From NCBI RefSeq assembly GCF_009914755.1, contig NC_060934.1: a stretch of 64,000 bases of DNA; one strand, given 5' to 3'. Position numbers and translations under genes: made by a program. The stretch comes from the human T2T-CHM13v2.0 reference genome, Homo sapiens. Shown piece by piece: positions 1-14,251 of this stretch (its first letter is position 1; each line of letters opens with the position of its first letter). The notes under the pieces were generated by a model that saw nothing but the letters and a program-made list of their open reading frames with translations, ran no database searches and was not told where the DNA came from.

Positions 1-345
1 CTTCCAGTGTTGCTTTATACATATGCAAGCAAATATGAATATATGCATATTTTCCTCTATTTCTGCTTCTTGCTTTTTTTCCACTGAACATATCCTAGCA
101 ATCTTACTACGTCAGTAAAAAGAGAGTGTTCCAATTCCTTTTTCCAGGGGCGTAGTATGCCGTTATGCACATGCGGCCACTGCTTTTCTTAACTAGTCCT
201 TTGTCATTACCAACAATGATGCAGATGACATTTCATATGCACGAAAGTGAATCTATAAAATAAACTCCAAAAGTGGGATTTCTGCATGAAAGTGTAAACA
301 ACTTTGTCATTTTGGTAGCTATTGTGGCATGGCATTCCTAAATTT
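1..345 (-). mobile_element. Old L1 (L1M/L1ME-like) 3' fragment
   Basis: Diverged antisense L1 3'-region text (ttttccactgaacatatcc...gtagtatgcc...aaaagtgggatttctg). Confidence 0.55.
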
Positions 346-752
346 AAAAAAGAAAAAAAAGAAAAAAGTACTAAATCTGAAGAAAGTTCTTTGGTGAGCA
401 TTGGAAAAACAATTTTCTCTAAGGAAATAGACCATGAAGATAGGGAAAATTACCTCATTGTCACTGGGATATTTTCTCACATCCACAGTAGATTTAGGGT
501 GGGTACCAGGTGTGAGAAATCACTCTGACTTTGCTCCTTTCTACAAACATAGGGCATCTCAACCCAGTGATTTCCATGGCATTTATAAAAAGGCCATTTC
601 TGCCCGGGGTTTGTGCCACTACAAAGCTTGTAATGGATCTAGAGACAAAATGACAGGTTTTCCACATTGGGGGCACTTTCCTGGAAGCGTGCAATTCAGC
701 TTCACGTCCCACTCTGGGAGCTTTGGAAACATTGCAACGTATCAAATTGCTG

Positions 753-969
753 GGCCATCTGTGGTTTCCTGTCCACGGGTAGGGAGAGGGGACAGACAGA
801 AGCTGCCTCTCTGGATCTCAGCAAATGTGCTGGGCTGAGGCCACAGACCAGGGCACTAGGACCCTTCTGTGCCCAACAGATGCCATTTGTGAGCTCAGAG
901 CTTCTGCCACCTGTCTGAACAGGCACCAAAACTAGCAGCTGAAACATCCTCCATTCCACAAAAGCCAGT
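753..969. repeat. Local direct repeat, copy 1 (~217 bp; copy 2 at 1753-1969)
   Basis: ggccatct...gacagacagaagctgcct...ctcagcaaatgtgctggg...ctgccacctgtctga...acaaaagccagt is shared with 1753-1969, roughly 80% identical by eye. Confidence 0.9.
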
Positions 970-1499
970 GCTTATATATTTAGCAGCTTAGCCATAGTCA
1001 CACAGAAAGTAGAGCTGTGAAGGACTAGAAAGAGCTTAGGAGAGTCAATGCCTCCAACCCGCTGCAAACAAGCCCGAAGCACCATTGTCCCTCTGCATGA
1101 GGCAGTGAGGTCCCTGCAAGTCACGGCTGCTGCAGGAGTGCACACAGGATGGTGAGGTAGTCTGGCCCATGACCCAGGGCCTGGTACAGCAGGGTGAGTA
1201 GTGGGTGACCCTTCCCGTGGACTTGCAGGTGGTTCTGGAGTCAGATGCGTCTTAAGGAGGCAGAACGATTTGGGGCAAAACTGGGAATAGACAAAGTTAT
1301 GAAGATGGCAGCACTTCTTGGCTTCCGGGTCCTTGAGTCCAAATCCTCCTTTGCATGTTTCCCTTTGCTGCATCCCCACGGTCATTGTCACCTGAATTAT
1401 GGCCACAGGCTCCCCGCTGGCCCCACCATTTTCCCGTGCCCTTCCCACGCCATCCTAAACCCAGTGGCTACAGTGATAAACAGTCTCAGTTTAATCTAT

Positions 1500-2265
1500 G
1501 TGGATTCTCTGCTCAAAGCCTGTAACAGTTCCTGTTCCATTCAGAGCGTGATCTGACCTCCCTGGGCCCTCTGGCCTCCTCTGCTGCCACTCTCCCTGGG
1601 CCCTGCACCCCTACCACACCAGCCCTTCGCTGCTCCTCCATTGCCATCAGAGACCCACCTTCAGGGTTTTTGTGCTCCCTGTGCCCCGGCCTGGGACAAC
1701 TCCCAGCCTCCTAATCACACAGCTCTCCTCTTTCAGGTCTTCGTTTCTCCCTGGCCATCTGCACTTTCCTGTCCATGGGCTGGAACAGTGACAGACAGAA
1801 GCTGCCTTTCCGGACCTCAGCAAATGTGCTGGGGCAAGGCCATGGACTAGGGCACCAGGATCCTTCTGTGCCCCCAACAGATTCCTTTCATGAGCTCAGT
1901 GTCTCTGCCACCTGTCTGAGCAGCTCCTAAATTAGCAGCTCAAACCTCCTCCACCACACAAAAGCCAGTCTGTGCATCCTGTTCAGACAGTGGCTCTTTC
2001 CCGACCATCCTTCTTAAAAAAGGCACCACTAATCCCCATCTCATTGGAAACTTTACCTCCCTCTGCTTTTTCTCCAAAATTCTCAGCACAGTCTACGTAA
2101 ACTGTTCATTTTATATATTTATGTCTCCATCATCCCCTCCCCACACTAGACTGGGAGCTCTGTGGGGGCACAGACGTATCTGTTTTGATTACCACCATAT
2201 CCCACACATCTAAAGCAGCGCCAGGGCACACAGTAGGCTCCTGAATATCTGCTGAATGAATGAAC
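1500..2265 (+). mobile_element. L2 LINE 3' portion, interrupted by repeat copy 2
   Basis: L2 hallmarks: ctctgctcaaagcc..., ccacactagactgggagctc...gggcacacagtaggctc...gctgaatgaatgaa 3' end. Confidence 0.75.
1753..1969. repeat. Local direct repeat, copy 2
   Basis: Aligns to 753-969 at an offset of 1000; L2 sequence flanks it on both sides. Confidence 0.9.
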
Positions 2266-2794
2266 ACAGAAATGAGGAAGGTATTTCCTGCAAGCAACCT
2301 CATCTCAGTCGTCACAGAAGAAGCTGTCGTTGTGTAGAAACCCACGCACAAGAAGGTGCTATCACTGCCCCACTCCTGTCCGTCCCTGCTACCATCGAGG
2401 GTGTCTTTCATTGTTGCATTTTAAATGAGAAAAGACAGTGTCTAACATGAACAGAAGGAGCTCTATCGTGGATATTTTAGGTCAGGGTGGGTGGGGGAGA
2501 TCATTTTGAGCAGAGAGCTTTCCTGAGTGTCCAGGGGCCCACCTCCATCATCTGCCCCAGCCTCTAGCAGTAACAGTGTGAAAGAGCTCTCACAGGCTCT
2601 GTTGCACGCCAGTATAGAAGTCATGGGGCTGCATCGCACACCTAGAGGTAAACTCATTTGCTGGGTGTGATCAGAGCACCTGGCCACTGCAGCTCAACAG
2701 GTGAGCAAATAAATAGCATGCCATTGTTCCTCTTCCACCAAAGCCATGATTTCCTGGTTAGTTTGTATTTGACATCAAGGCCAAATGACAATAA

Positions 2795-3099
2795 TTTTTT
2801 TTTTTAAACTGGGTCTCACTCTGTCACCCAGGCTGGAGTGCAGTGGCGCAACCTCAGCTCACTGCAGCCTTGACCTCCCACGGTTCACATGATCCTCCCA
2901 CCTCAGCCTCCCAAGTAGCTGGGGCTACAAGCACATTCCACCACACCCATCTAATTTTTGTAATTTTTTTTTTTTTTTTGTAGCAATAGGGTTTCACCAT
3001 GTTGCCCAGGCTGATCTCGAACTCCTGGGCTCAAGCAATCCACCAGCCTCAGCCTTCCAAATTTCTGGGATTACTGGTGTGAGACATGCAGCCCTGGCC
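2795..3099 (-). mobile_element. Alu (AluJ-like)
   Basis: Antisense dimeric Alu with J-type diagnostics (actgcagccttgacctcc, ctcctgggctcaagcaatcc). Confidence 0.93.
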
Positions 3100-3568
3100 T
3101 CGACAGTCACTTTCAAATTATTTAACTTCTCTAGTGACCTAATGGTTGATCTTTTTATTTTATCATGCTTATACCGTCTCTCTAGTCTTAGGTATAATTT
3201 CTCTGCAGGACATGTTGTTGTAGTAAAAGGAAGACCATAAGAAGATGACAATGGCCATGAGCACTACAGTGAAGCCCCACGGTGGTGTTGGTAAAGGAAG
3301 TTCCAATAGCAGTTCAGGGTCTGCAGGTGGAGCACAAGAAGCCGGGACAACAAGCAGGTCCTCAGTCCTCATGGCTTCCTCCCACGGTAGTTGTGAGGTC
3401 TAGGGAGGTCATGCCACTCTCCCAGTGCCCATATTCTTGGCTAGTAATACCAGTGTTATGCTAGAGGCAGTCTGATGTCTTTCGAAACGCACGTCTCATC
3501 AAGACAAAGCAGCCTATCTCTCAGGTAATGTAGGAACTTGGAAAGAGGCAATTAAAAGATGACTCTAA

Positions 3569-3848
3569 GGCAGGGTGTGGTGGCTCACGCCTGAAATCCC
3601 CACATTGTGGGGGGCCGAGGCGGGTGGATCACCTGAGGTCAGGAGTTGGAGGCCAGCCTGGCCAACATGGTAAAACCCCATCTCTACTAAAAATACAAGA
3701 AAATTAGCTAGGTGTGGCGTTAAGCACCTGTAATCCCAGCTACTCAGGAAGCTGAGGCAGGAGACTCACTTGAACCAGGAGGAGGTGGTTGCAATGAGCC
3801 AAGACTGCACCATGGCACTCCAGCCTGGGCAACAGAGTGAGACTCCAT
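3569..3848 (+). mobile_element. Alu (AluSx/Sz-like) with tail converted to a purine repeat
   Basis: ggcagggtgtggtggctcacgcc...ggatcacctgaggtcaggag; TSD core gactcta just before the Alu and again at ~4022. Confidence 0.93.
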
Positions 3849-3860
3849 GGCAGGAAGAGA

Positions 3861-3940
3861 AGGGAAGGGAAGGGAAGGGAAGGGAAGGGAAGGGAAGGGA
3901 AGGGAAGGGAAGGGAAGGGAAGGGAAGGGAAGGGAAGGGA
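3861..3940 (+). repeat. (AAGGG)n pentanucleotide microsatellite, 16 perfect units, followed by an A/G-rich tract to ~4021
   Basis: Eight consecutive agggaaggga blocks. Confidence 0.97.
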
Positions 3941-4559
3941 AGGAAAGGGAAGGGAGAAGGCAGAAGAGAAAAGAGAAAGAAAGGAAAAGAAAGGAAAATG
4001 AAAAGAAAAAAGAAAAGAAAAGACTCTATGAGCCCTGATGGTACTCTAAATCAAAGTTCCTGAAGCCTGGAACACCAGAGCTTCCATACAAGCTTTCCAT
4101 AGTTTGACCCAAATTAATAATCAGATCTGAAGTGTCATTTAGATGAACGTGGCAGCAGTTCTCCGGGAACCCCCTCTGAAGTCAGATTTCACTGTCTGCT
4201 CTTAAGCTTGTTTCAAGAAAGGAAATTGACCATAAAAGCTCCTATCCACTTCCTGATGATAAAGACAACTATCCAGTCTTGGCTTTTACTGCAGTCATTG
4301 CTATTGCATCATTTCCATTAATCTTCTCAGTGGCCCAGGGAGATTGGAGTGCCATCATTAATTTGAAAAGTAATAAAAGTTCTAGATTGAGCCATTTCCT
4401 GCATTCTTAAAACAAGGAATGTCTATATCTAACCTTCCACATTCCCAAGGTCAACGTCACCAACTATCTCCAGGTTAAGTCCAGGGATCGGTCTCCGTCC
4501 CCATCAGTGAGGCCCTGGCTGTCCCACCAAGTATTTCCCAAGTATTTCAAGGCTATTCT

Positions 4560-5214
4560 TGAAACTGTCTTTCCAAAATTATGACTGAGACAGTGAAAGA
4601 TATCTAACAAACGACTCCATCTTGCTTCTAACCTCCAAGCTGTCCTTGTTCATTCCTGGGTGTAGGCTGAACTAACTTTGGGAGAAACTTTATAGTTTAA
4701 AACAAAGATGATAACATCCCTTTCCCAAAGCCGACCTCTTTCTTGCCTGGGGACTAGATTGCCTTTGTAGGACCAACATTAGCCAAAAGATGAGAAATTA
4801 TGGTTTAGGAGTCATGCAGCTGGAGGCTACAAGATTCTGACCCTCCCTAAACTGCTCCTAAGATCAGTGCTCTAGATACCCTGCACTTGATAGATCAGCT
4901 GGCACCACCCAGATCAATAAACTGTCTCATCTGATCTTGTGGTCCCCACCCAGGAACTGATTCAGCATAAGAAGACAGCTCCAACTCCGTATGATTTCAT
5001 CTCTGAGCAGTCGGCACTCCTCCTGGCTCACTTGTTTCCCCCCATCCACCAAGTTATCCTTAAAAACTCTGTTCCCTGGATGTTCAAGGAAACTGATTTG
5101 AGTAATAATAAAACTCCAGTCAGTCCTTCACAGCCGGCTCTGCATGAATTCCTCTTTCTCTATTGCAGATCCCCTGTCTTGATGAACCAGCTCTGAACCC
5201 ACTGGGCAGTTACA
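4560..5214 (+). mobile_element. Solo LTR, LTR8 (ERV1)
   Basis: TG...CA termini; tgaaactgtctttccaaaattatgactgagacagtgaaaga matches the LTR8 5' end; ends gggcagttaca; near-TSD ttct/ttgt. Confidence 0.85.
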
Positions 5215-5455
5215 TTGTTGGCTATTTGCATGTGCTTTCTTAGGATTTCATTTCCCTCTTCCTCTCCAATTCTGCCACGAGCCTGAAACTGGACTTTTGA
5301 AATTGCCTCCTAACTGGTCTTCCTGCCGCTGGTACCTCATCTACATACATCTAGAATGATCTTCCTATAGGACAAATGGGATCACTTCAATCATCTTAGT
5401 TCACTTTAATGCTTATTGAGCAAGGTCTGGTGGATATAAAAAGGGGAACCAGAGT

Positions 5456-5748
<293 letters not shown>

Positions 5749-5781
5749 GGGTGGGGGTGGGGGAACCAGAGACATCCCTAT

Positions 5782-6326
5782 TGTGATGGTTAATTTGAGT
5801 GTCAACTTGATTGGATTGAAGGATACAAAGTATTGTTCCTGGGTGTGTCTGAGAGGGTGTTGCCAAAGGAGATTAACATTTGAGTCAGCGGACTGGGAGA
5901 GGCAGATCCACCTTCAATCCGGGAGGGCACCATCGAATCAGCTGCCAGCACAGCTAGGATAAAAGCGGACAGAGGAACGTGGAAGCACTAGACTGGCTGA
6001 GTCTTCCAGTCTTCATCTTTCTCCTGTGCTGGATGCTTCCTGCCCTCAAACATTGGACTCCAAGTTCTTCAGCTTTTGGACTCTTGGGCTTACACCAGTG
6101 GTTTGCCAGGGGCTCTCGGGCCTTCGGCCACAGACTGAAGGCTGCACTGTCGGCTTCACTACTTTTGAGGTTTTGGGACTCGGACTGGCTTCCTTGCTCC
6201 TCAGCTTGCAGATGGTCTACTGTGGGACTTCACCTTGTGATCACGTGAGTCAATACTCCTTAATAAACTCCCTTTCATATATGCATTTATACTATTAGTC
6301 CTGTCCCTCTAGAGAATCCTAATACA
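5782..6326 (+). mobile_element. Solo LTR, MLT2A (ERVL)
   Basis: tgtgatggttaatttgagtgtcaacttgattggattgaagga...ctctagagaatcctaataca; 5-bp TSD cctat/cctgt. Confidence 0.9.
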
Positions 6327-6754
6327 CCTGTCTTCAAAAAAAGCAGCTCTAGAAGTTTGATGACTCCCCACAATTGCAGGCTCCTCAGTCTGCAAACATG
6401 CTCTTTCACCGGCTGCCCCTGCTTGTTTCTCCAGCTCGTTTCCAGCCATTTTCTCATGTGCATTCTCCACCCCAGCCATGCCTGCTACCAGGACCACTGG
6501 AATATTCTGAACCTCTTCCCCCTCGCTTCCTGTTTATCTGTAATGTCTCAATCCAAACTTCTTCTCCTGGCTGCACTGAATTTTTAGTCCGGAATAAGTT
6601 ACATTCCTTCTCTGATGTACAGTTGTCCTGGACAAAATGCTATTAAAGTTTCTTTTTTTTTTTTTTTACTTTGCTTTAATTGTGCATTTTATTTAAATTG
6701 TTTATTTTCTTGTCTGTCTCTCCCACTAGGCTATGCTCTTTTAGGGCATGTCAA

Positions 6755-7366
6755 TGTCAGAGGCCTTTTAACCAGAGCAACTTTATCTTGAATAGGGGCT
6801 GGGTAAGGTAAGGCTGAGACCTGCTGGTCTGCATTCCCAGGCATTAGGCATTCTAAGTCACAGAATGAGATAGGAGGTCGGCACAAGACACAGGTCATAA
6901 AAACCTTGCAGTAAAGAAGTTAACCAATCCCACCAAAACCAAGATGGCAACAAGAGTGACCTGGTCATCCTCACTGCTTATTATATGCTAATTATAATGC
7001 ATTAGCATAGTAAAAGACACTCCCACCAACTCCGTGACAGTTTACAGATGCCACGGCAACAGTGAGGAAGTTCCCCTATATAGTCTAAAAAGGGGAGGAA
7101 ACCTCAGCTCTAGAAATTGCCCATGATTTCTGGAAAACGCATGAATAATCCACCCCCTGTTTAGCATAACATCAAGAAATAACTATAAGTATCCTTAGTC
7201 CAGCAGCCCAAGCTGCTGCTCTGCCTGTGGAATAGCCATTTCTAATTCTTTACTTTCTTCATTAACTTGTTTTCACTTTACTTTATGGACTCATTCCAAA
7301 TTCTTTCTTGCACCAGATCCTGGAACCCTCTCCTGGGGTCTGGATTAGGACCCCTTTCCAGTAACA
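6755..7366 (+). mobile_element. Solo LTR, MER41B-like (ERV1), inserted in an L2 3' end
   Basis: tgtcagaggc...cccctttccagtaaca; has the B-type segment attatatgctaattataatgcattagc; TSD tcaa/ttaa; L2 flanks at ~6690-6754 and 7367-7450. Confidence 0.9.
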
Positions 7367-7488
7367 TTAATATTTTATTCATTTTCTGCCCATAGCCTTG
7401 CACAGTGTCCGGCACAAGTAGGCAATCAATAAAAATTTTGTTCAATAAATAAGAGCTCTGTGACATGAGCTCATTATTTGTTCCCTTG

Positions 7489-8015
7489 TGTAGATGAGGT
7501 AGACCCACAGCCAGGTTTGACTTCTTGCACTCTTACCAAGCAATCGAAGGGCTCATTTCCTGATGTGCATAAAAGCTAGTACCACGGCACCAGCTTTTGA
7601 GAAAAGAAAAGCTTTATTGGAAGTTAACTAGAAAGGAGACCAAAGGAAATGCTCAAATCTGTCTCCTTGAGCTTGTGGCTGTGGGGTTTTATAAGCATAG
7701 GGTAATAAGGCAAGATCTGATTGGGTCTTGCAATGACATGATGCTGGGAAGGCATGATCTGATTGGATCTTGCCATGGAGTGACACAAGGGCTCAATCTG
7801 ATTGGATCTTGGATCCTGTCATGTGGTGTCCGCTTCTTAATTCAGTCCTGCTAATCTGTCAAAACACTTAGGTTCCGCCTGTGGTTGGATGCTTGGTCCA
7901 TCTGCACACGCACAGGGTATGTGACCTTCAACCTGGGGGCAGCCCATGGCAACTGAAAAACAACTGACAACTTTGTTACATAAAAGCCGAGCCAGATTGG
8001 TCTGGTATAGTTACA
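7489..8015 (-). mobile_element. Solo LTR, LTR47-like (ERVL)
   Basis: Reverse strand begins tgtaactataccagaccaatctggctcggcttttatgtaacaaagttg; internal gatctgattggatcttg repeats. Confidence 0.65.
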
Positions 8016-8942
8016 GCATTACTTAAAGCATGTGTCCAAGCATGAGGGGTTCTGGGTCCCTGTTCAGTGACAGGTGACACTGTTGCTCCAGTAGCCTCTT
8101 CATTTCCTTCCTCCTGTGTCTTCACAATAAAAGACACTGTGTATTCATTCTAGGCCCATCGATTCTAACACAAGTTAATCTTTTCAATGCCTTGTGATCT
8201 TAACTCTAAGAAAAGCATCCATAATCTAAATACAAACAGGTCCCCCGCCTGCTCTGCACCTGCAAAAACTATCCCAATGGCATCACAGCTATCAGAGGAG
8301 GTGGGCTTTGCCCTGAGCATAGCACAAAGAGCCTCTTCTATCATCTCGTCGGCCTCCATCTCCTCCCTTCCCACAAGCCCTTGAACCCAAGGCTAGCCAG
8401 GTCCCTGGCCACCACTTTACCCGCAGAAGGTGAGAGGGACACCAGCCACCAGGTCCCAATTTAGAAAGAGAAAGGAAAGGAGTAGAACTGCTCTGCATAC
8501 AAAAGTAGGGCACATTTGAGATTCTTTTGTGGAGAGAAACAATTAAGAAGCTGCAAAATGGGGGAGAGGAGGAGAGCTGGGAGAAGGTCACAGGGAGGAG
8601 AGAGAAGCTTGAGAAAATTGCACTAGGTAAGCCATGGCCGATGAACAATTGGGAATGATGCAGGGAATGCTTTTGAAAGACAGTCGTCTTACTATCCCAG
8701 CCTTATGCCATAGTTAGCACTGTACTCGAATTCCATGCCGTGACTGCAAATACTCCAGCAAGTGGTACAATGCAGCAGCCCAACATTAGTGCTTCTTATG
8801 GGGATGAGGAGACACAGGGGTCACTGCCTGGCAACCTTGGCAGGGAAGGAAGACAGCTGCCCCAGGAGCAAGGGCCAGGAGCAGCTGCATTCTGTGAACC
8901 TGTACCAAACTGCCTTTGTGGTTGAACAAGAAGACATGGCAT

Positions 8943-9716
<774 letters not shown>

Positions 9717-9849
9717 GATGGGCCAAGGAATGTCTGTCATCCCTGAACTTGTGAGATACTGTGGAAGGTGAGACATGATCCCCTAAATTGTAAGAGTTAG
9801 AGATCTCTGGGCAATGTGGAGATCTGAAAAATATTAATAATGCAAAGGC

Positions 9850-10075
9850 AGGTAGCACAGTAGGAAAGTAGGAAACAACCAGGAGTTTCAGAGTGAGAAA
9901 GTCCCAGGTAAAATTCCAGCTCCCTGACTTACTAGTGGGGTGTTACCTAACCTGTCTACACTTCTGTCATCTTTATCCTGGGCTGTTGCCAGGATTCGAT
10001 GAGATAATGTGTGTTAAATGCCTTTCATTGTGCCTGTCATATATTAACCACTCCACATTGTTAATTATTACTATT
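9850..10075 (+). mobile_element. MIR SINE
   Basis: Core ...aattccagctcc...acttactag...aggatt...atgagataatgtgtgttaaatgc. Confidence 0.7.
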
Positions 10076-10254
10076 TGTAAAATATGAGTGGAGATGAATA
10101 AGGAATGGAAAGAATTGTGAAAACATTAAGAGACAAACATCAGCTCTGCTGATGTTGTAGGACTGAGTGATTTTCTTTGGTATCCTACAATATTGCTTTC
10201 CTTTCCGCCCTGTATTTCCTTTTTCTCCTGGGCATGCAGCGAGACCACAGGCCT

Positions 10255-11152
10255 ACTGCTTCTCCCAGTTTCCCTGTCTTGGGTAAATGGCAACTCCATT
10301 CTTCCAGGTCCTCAGATCAAATAACCTGGCATCAGCCTTGATCTCTTATCTCCTATCTCCCATCCAAAATATGGTAAACCCTGTTGGCTCTTCCTTCAAC
10401 TTATCTCCAAAATTCTACCCCTTGTCACCACCTTCACTGCTACATCCTCAAACCAAGTTTCACCTTGGTTATTGAAACTGCATCCTAACTAGGCTTCCTG
10501 ATTCCACCATTACTGCCTTATATTCACCCTCCACTCAGCAGCAGGAAGATCCTTCCAATATGTAAACACCCTCTTAGGCTTAGTATCCTCCAGTGACTCC
10601 CACTAAATCCTTACAATAGCTTACGAGGTCCTACACAATCTGGCCCAGATCACCTGTCTGAACTCATCTCTCCCATCTCCTCTTCCTCATGACCCTACAC
10701 CAGCCATACCTGCCTCTTGGCTATTCTGGAAATGCTAAGAATGCTCTCACCTCAGGGCTTTTGCACTTGCTGTTCCCTCTGCTTGGAGCACTCTTCCTCC
10801 AGATCTCCATATGGCTTCTTTCCTCACTTGCTTCAAGCCTATGCTCAAGTGTCACCTTGTTGGAGATAATTCCCTGACCACTATGCATGCACACATGCAC
10901 GCACACACACACACACACACACACATACACACACAGAGTAATTCCCCCCATAGCATCTATTGGCCATGGACATACAACACATTTACACATTTACTTTTCT
11001 GTATGTTTCTTTCTTTTCTCTGCCACCAGAAAAAAAAGGTTCCACTTGATCAGGAACTTACTCTGTTTTGTTCACTGCTCTGTCTCCAGCACGTGAAACA
11101 GAGTGGCATAAAGCAGATGTTCAATTAACATGTATTTAATGAACTGAATGAA
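10255..11152 (+). mobile_element. L2 LINE 3' portion, with (CA)n at ~10890-10934
   Basis: gtaaatggcaactccattcttccagg...cctcagggcttttgcacttgctgttccctctgc...aatgaactgaatgaa. Confidence 0.85.
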
Positions 11153-11544
11153 GTCACAGGTTTTAAGGAGTGTTAATTCCCATGCACGCCTGAGTAAGAG
11201 AAACAATCTCACTTTTCCTTTTGATCACATGAAAGAAACAATAGAAAAACAATAAGTGGTTTCCCCCCAGCTGTAACAGCGCCAGGGACTTCCCACCTGC
11301 TGCTTCTGCTTAGAAAAGCAGTGGTGTTTGAAGAATTCTTGGAGGTTATGAGCTCACGTGTCTGTGTTCTGACACATACACCCCCACACGCCCTTGCACA
11401 CTGCAGTACAGAAGGAAACCCTACTGAGAGAGGTAGGCAGTCTATGTCCAGGCTGTAGAAACAGTGGCTGCCATCACTGCTATGTTACGGACCCTAAATT
11501 AGCTTATTTCATGACCCCACAGAGTTACACTGATTGTTTTCACA

Positions 11545-11728
11545 CAGTGTTTCTCAAAGAGTGGGCCAGAGCAGCAGCAGCAGCAGCATCTGCAAACTTG
11601 CTGGACATTTGAATTCTTCAACCCATCCCAGATCCACTGAATAGAAGCTTTGCAGGGCTCAGCCCAGTGCTCTGTGTTTTAACGGGTCCTTTGGGTGTTC
11701 TGATGCAGTGAAGTTTGAGAACTTCTGC
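11545..11728. mobile_element. MER5A (hAT-Charlie MITE)
   Basis: cagtgtttctcaaa...tttgagaacttctg terminal inverted repeats; gcagcagcatc and ctctgtgttttaac cores. Confidence 0.8.
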
Positions 11729-11808
11729 TTCAGTGGACAAACAAGAATGTCTGGGAGGAAGAAAAAGTACCAAAAAAAACTGACAAAATTTTTTAAATGC
11801 CATGTAAA

Positions 11809-12144
<336 letters not shown>

Positions 12145-12740
12145 CTAGCTTTACTTATCAAGCTGTGTGAAACTGAAATAAGGACATCAGGGTGAGGGAA
12201 CTGGCTCTCTCGGGAGAGGGGAAATCCTATTTCTTCTTCATCACTGACCGCTTGCTTCAGACAGGCTGTTCCTGTCAGGCTGGTGTGAAATGAATTAGCA
12301 ATGTCACCAGCTTCCCAAGGAACAGGTGTCTCTGCCATACCTCCGGCAACCAATATCACGACTTTCACTAATTGCTCTGCCCTTGTCAGGCCCTTTGAGG
12401 ACTAAGTGGGCCCTGGAGATGGAGTGACCCTTTACCTGCTCAGAGCTGCCTTTAATCCCAACCACATGCCCCCACCCCACTGGAGCCCCGGAGCATGGGA
12501 AATATGGAGCACCACAGTAGCAATGCAGAAGCATGAGTCACTGCTGAAGCTTGTGGGAGGAAAAATAGAATTCAGGCCTTCTGCTCTAATTACACTTGAT
12601 TGTTGCCCGTTGTGAACAAGGACTTTTAGGGTTGACGGTATCCTCACCATCGGCCCACTCTGTTGGCGGGACCCAGGAGCTGGTATTGCTGGAGAAATTC
12701 ACACAGAAGGGGAATCACTTCTTCTTAAAATGAAAATTTG

Positions 12741-13141
<401 letters not shown>

Positions 13142-13179
13142 TCAAACCCCTCAATGACAGTAAAAAAAAAAAAAAATTT

Positions 13180-14020
13180 TAATTATGAGCAAGAGACTTG
13201 AATAGACATTTCTCCCAAGAAGACACACAAATACCCATTAAGCACGTGGAGAGAGGCTCAATATCTCTAACCATTAGAGAAATTCAAATCAAAACCACAG
13301 ACTTCACATCCACTGGGATGCTATTATGAAACCCACACATTCAGAAACTTATGAGTGTTGGCAAAGATGTGAAGAAGCTGGAAGACTTGTGAACAGCTAG
13401 TGGAAATGTAAAATGGTGCAATCACTGTGGAAAACTGTATGGCAGTTCCTCAAAAACTGAAACATACAATTACCATAGGATCCAGCAGTTCCATTCCTGG
13501 ATATAGTCTTAAATGGAAAGCAATGACTCAAACAGGTATTTGTACACCCATGTTCATTGCAGCATTATTCACAATAGCCAAGAGATGGAAACACCTAAAA
13601 TGTCTATCACTGGATGAATCAACCCCAAATGTCATATATCCACACAATGGAGTATTATTCAGCCTAAAAAAGAAAAGAAAATTCTAACACATGCTACAAC
13701 AGGGATGAATCTTGAAGACATTACGCTAAGTGAAATAAGCCAGACCTAAAAGGACAAAAATTGTATGATTCCTCTTTTGAGGTTCGCAGAGTAGCCAAAT
13801 TCAGAGAAACAGAAAGTAGAATAGAGGTTACCAGGGGCTGCAGGGAGAGAGGAATGGGGAGTTAGTGTTTTAATGGGTACAGAGTTGCAGTTTGAGATGA
13901 TGAGAAAGTTATGGAGATAGCCGGTGGTGATGGTTGCACTATAATGTTAACATACTTAGTGCCACTTAAACATAATTAAGATGGTAACTTTGGTATTATG
14001 TATATTTTTCAACAATAAGA
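13180..14020 (+). mobile_element. L1MB-like 3' end, inserted in L2
   Basis: gacttgaatagacatttctcc; ORF 13427-13687 resembles the L1 ORF2 C-terminus ([16 protein letters not shown]); L1MB-type 3' UTR. Confidence 0.88.
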
Positions 14021-14251
14021 AGTTTTCAAATCCCAAACCCCTCTCTTATATGGCCCCTTCTCATTTGTCCACCACTCTCTGACATTTCTTGATCTCTTGC
14101 TTCTGTGCTTCAGATATCCTGTTTTTATTTCAGTTCCTCAAAAAGGCCAAACTCGTTCTCAACCTCAGAGCCTTTGCACTATCACTTCCTCTGTGGGGAA
14201 CATTTTTCTCTCTATTCTTTACAAGGATAAATCCTTTTGATGTTTTGTATG

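Noticed and set aside
972-1448. 158-aa - strand ORF and overlapping ORFs
   Set aside because: No recognisable domain or exon structure; similar-length ORFs overlap on both strands, as expected by chance.
3770-4063. GKGRE-repeat ORFs
   Set aside because: Translation of the Alu end and the (AAGGG)n microsatellite.
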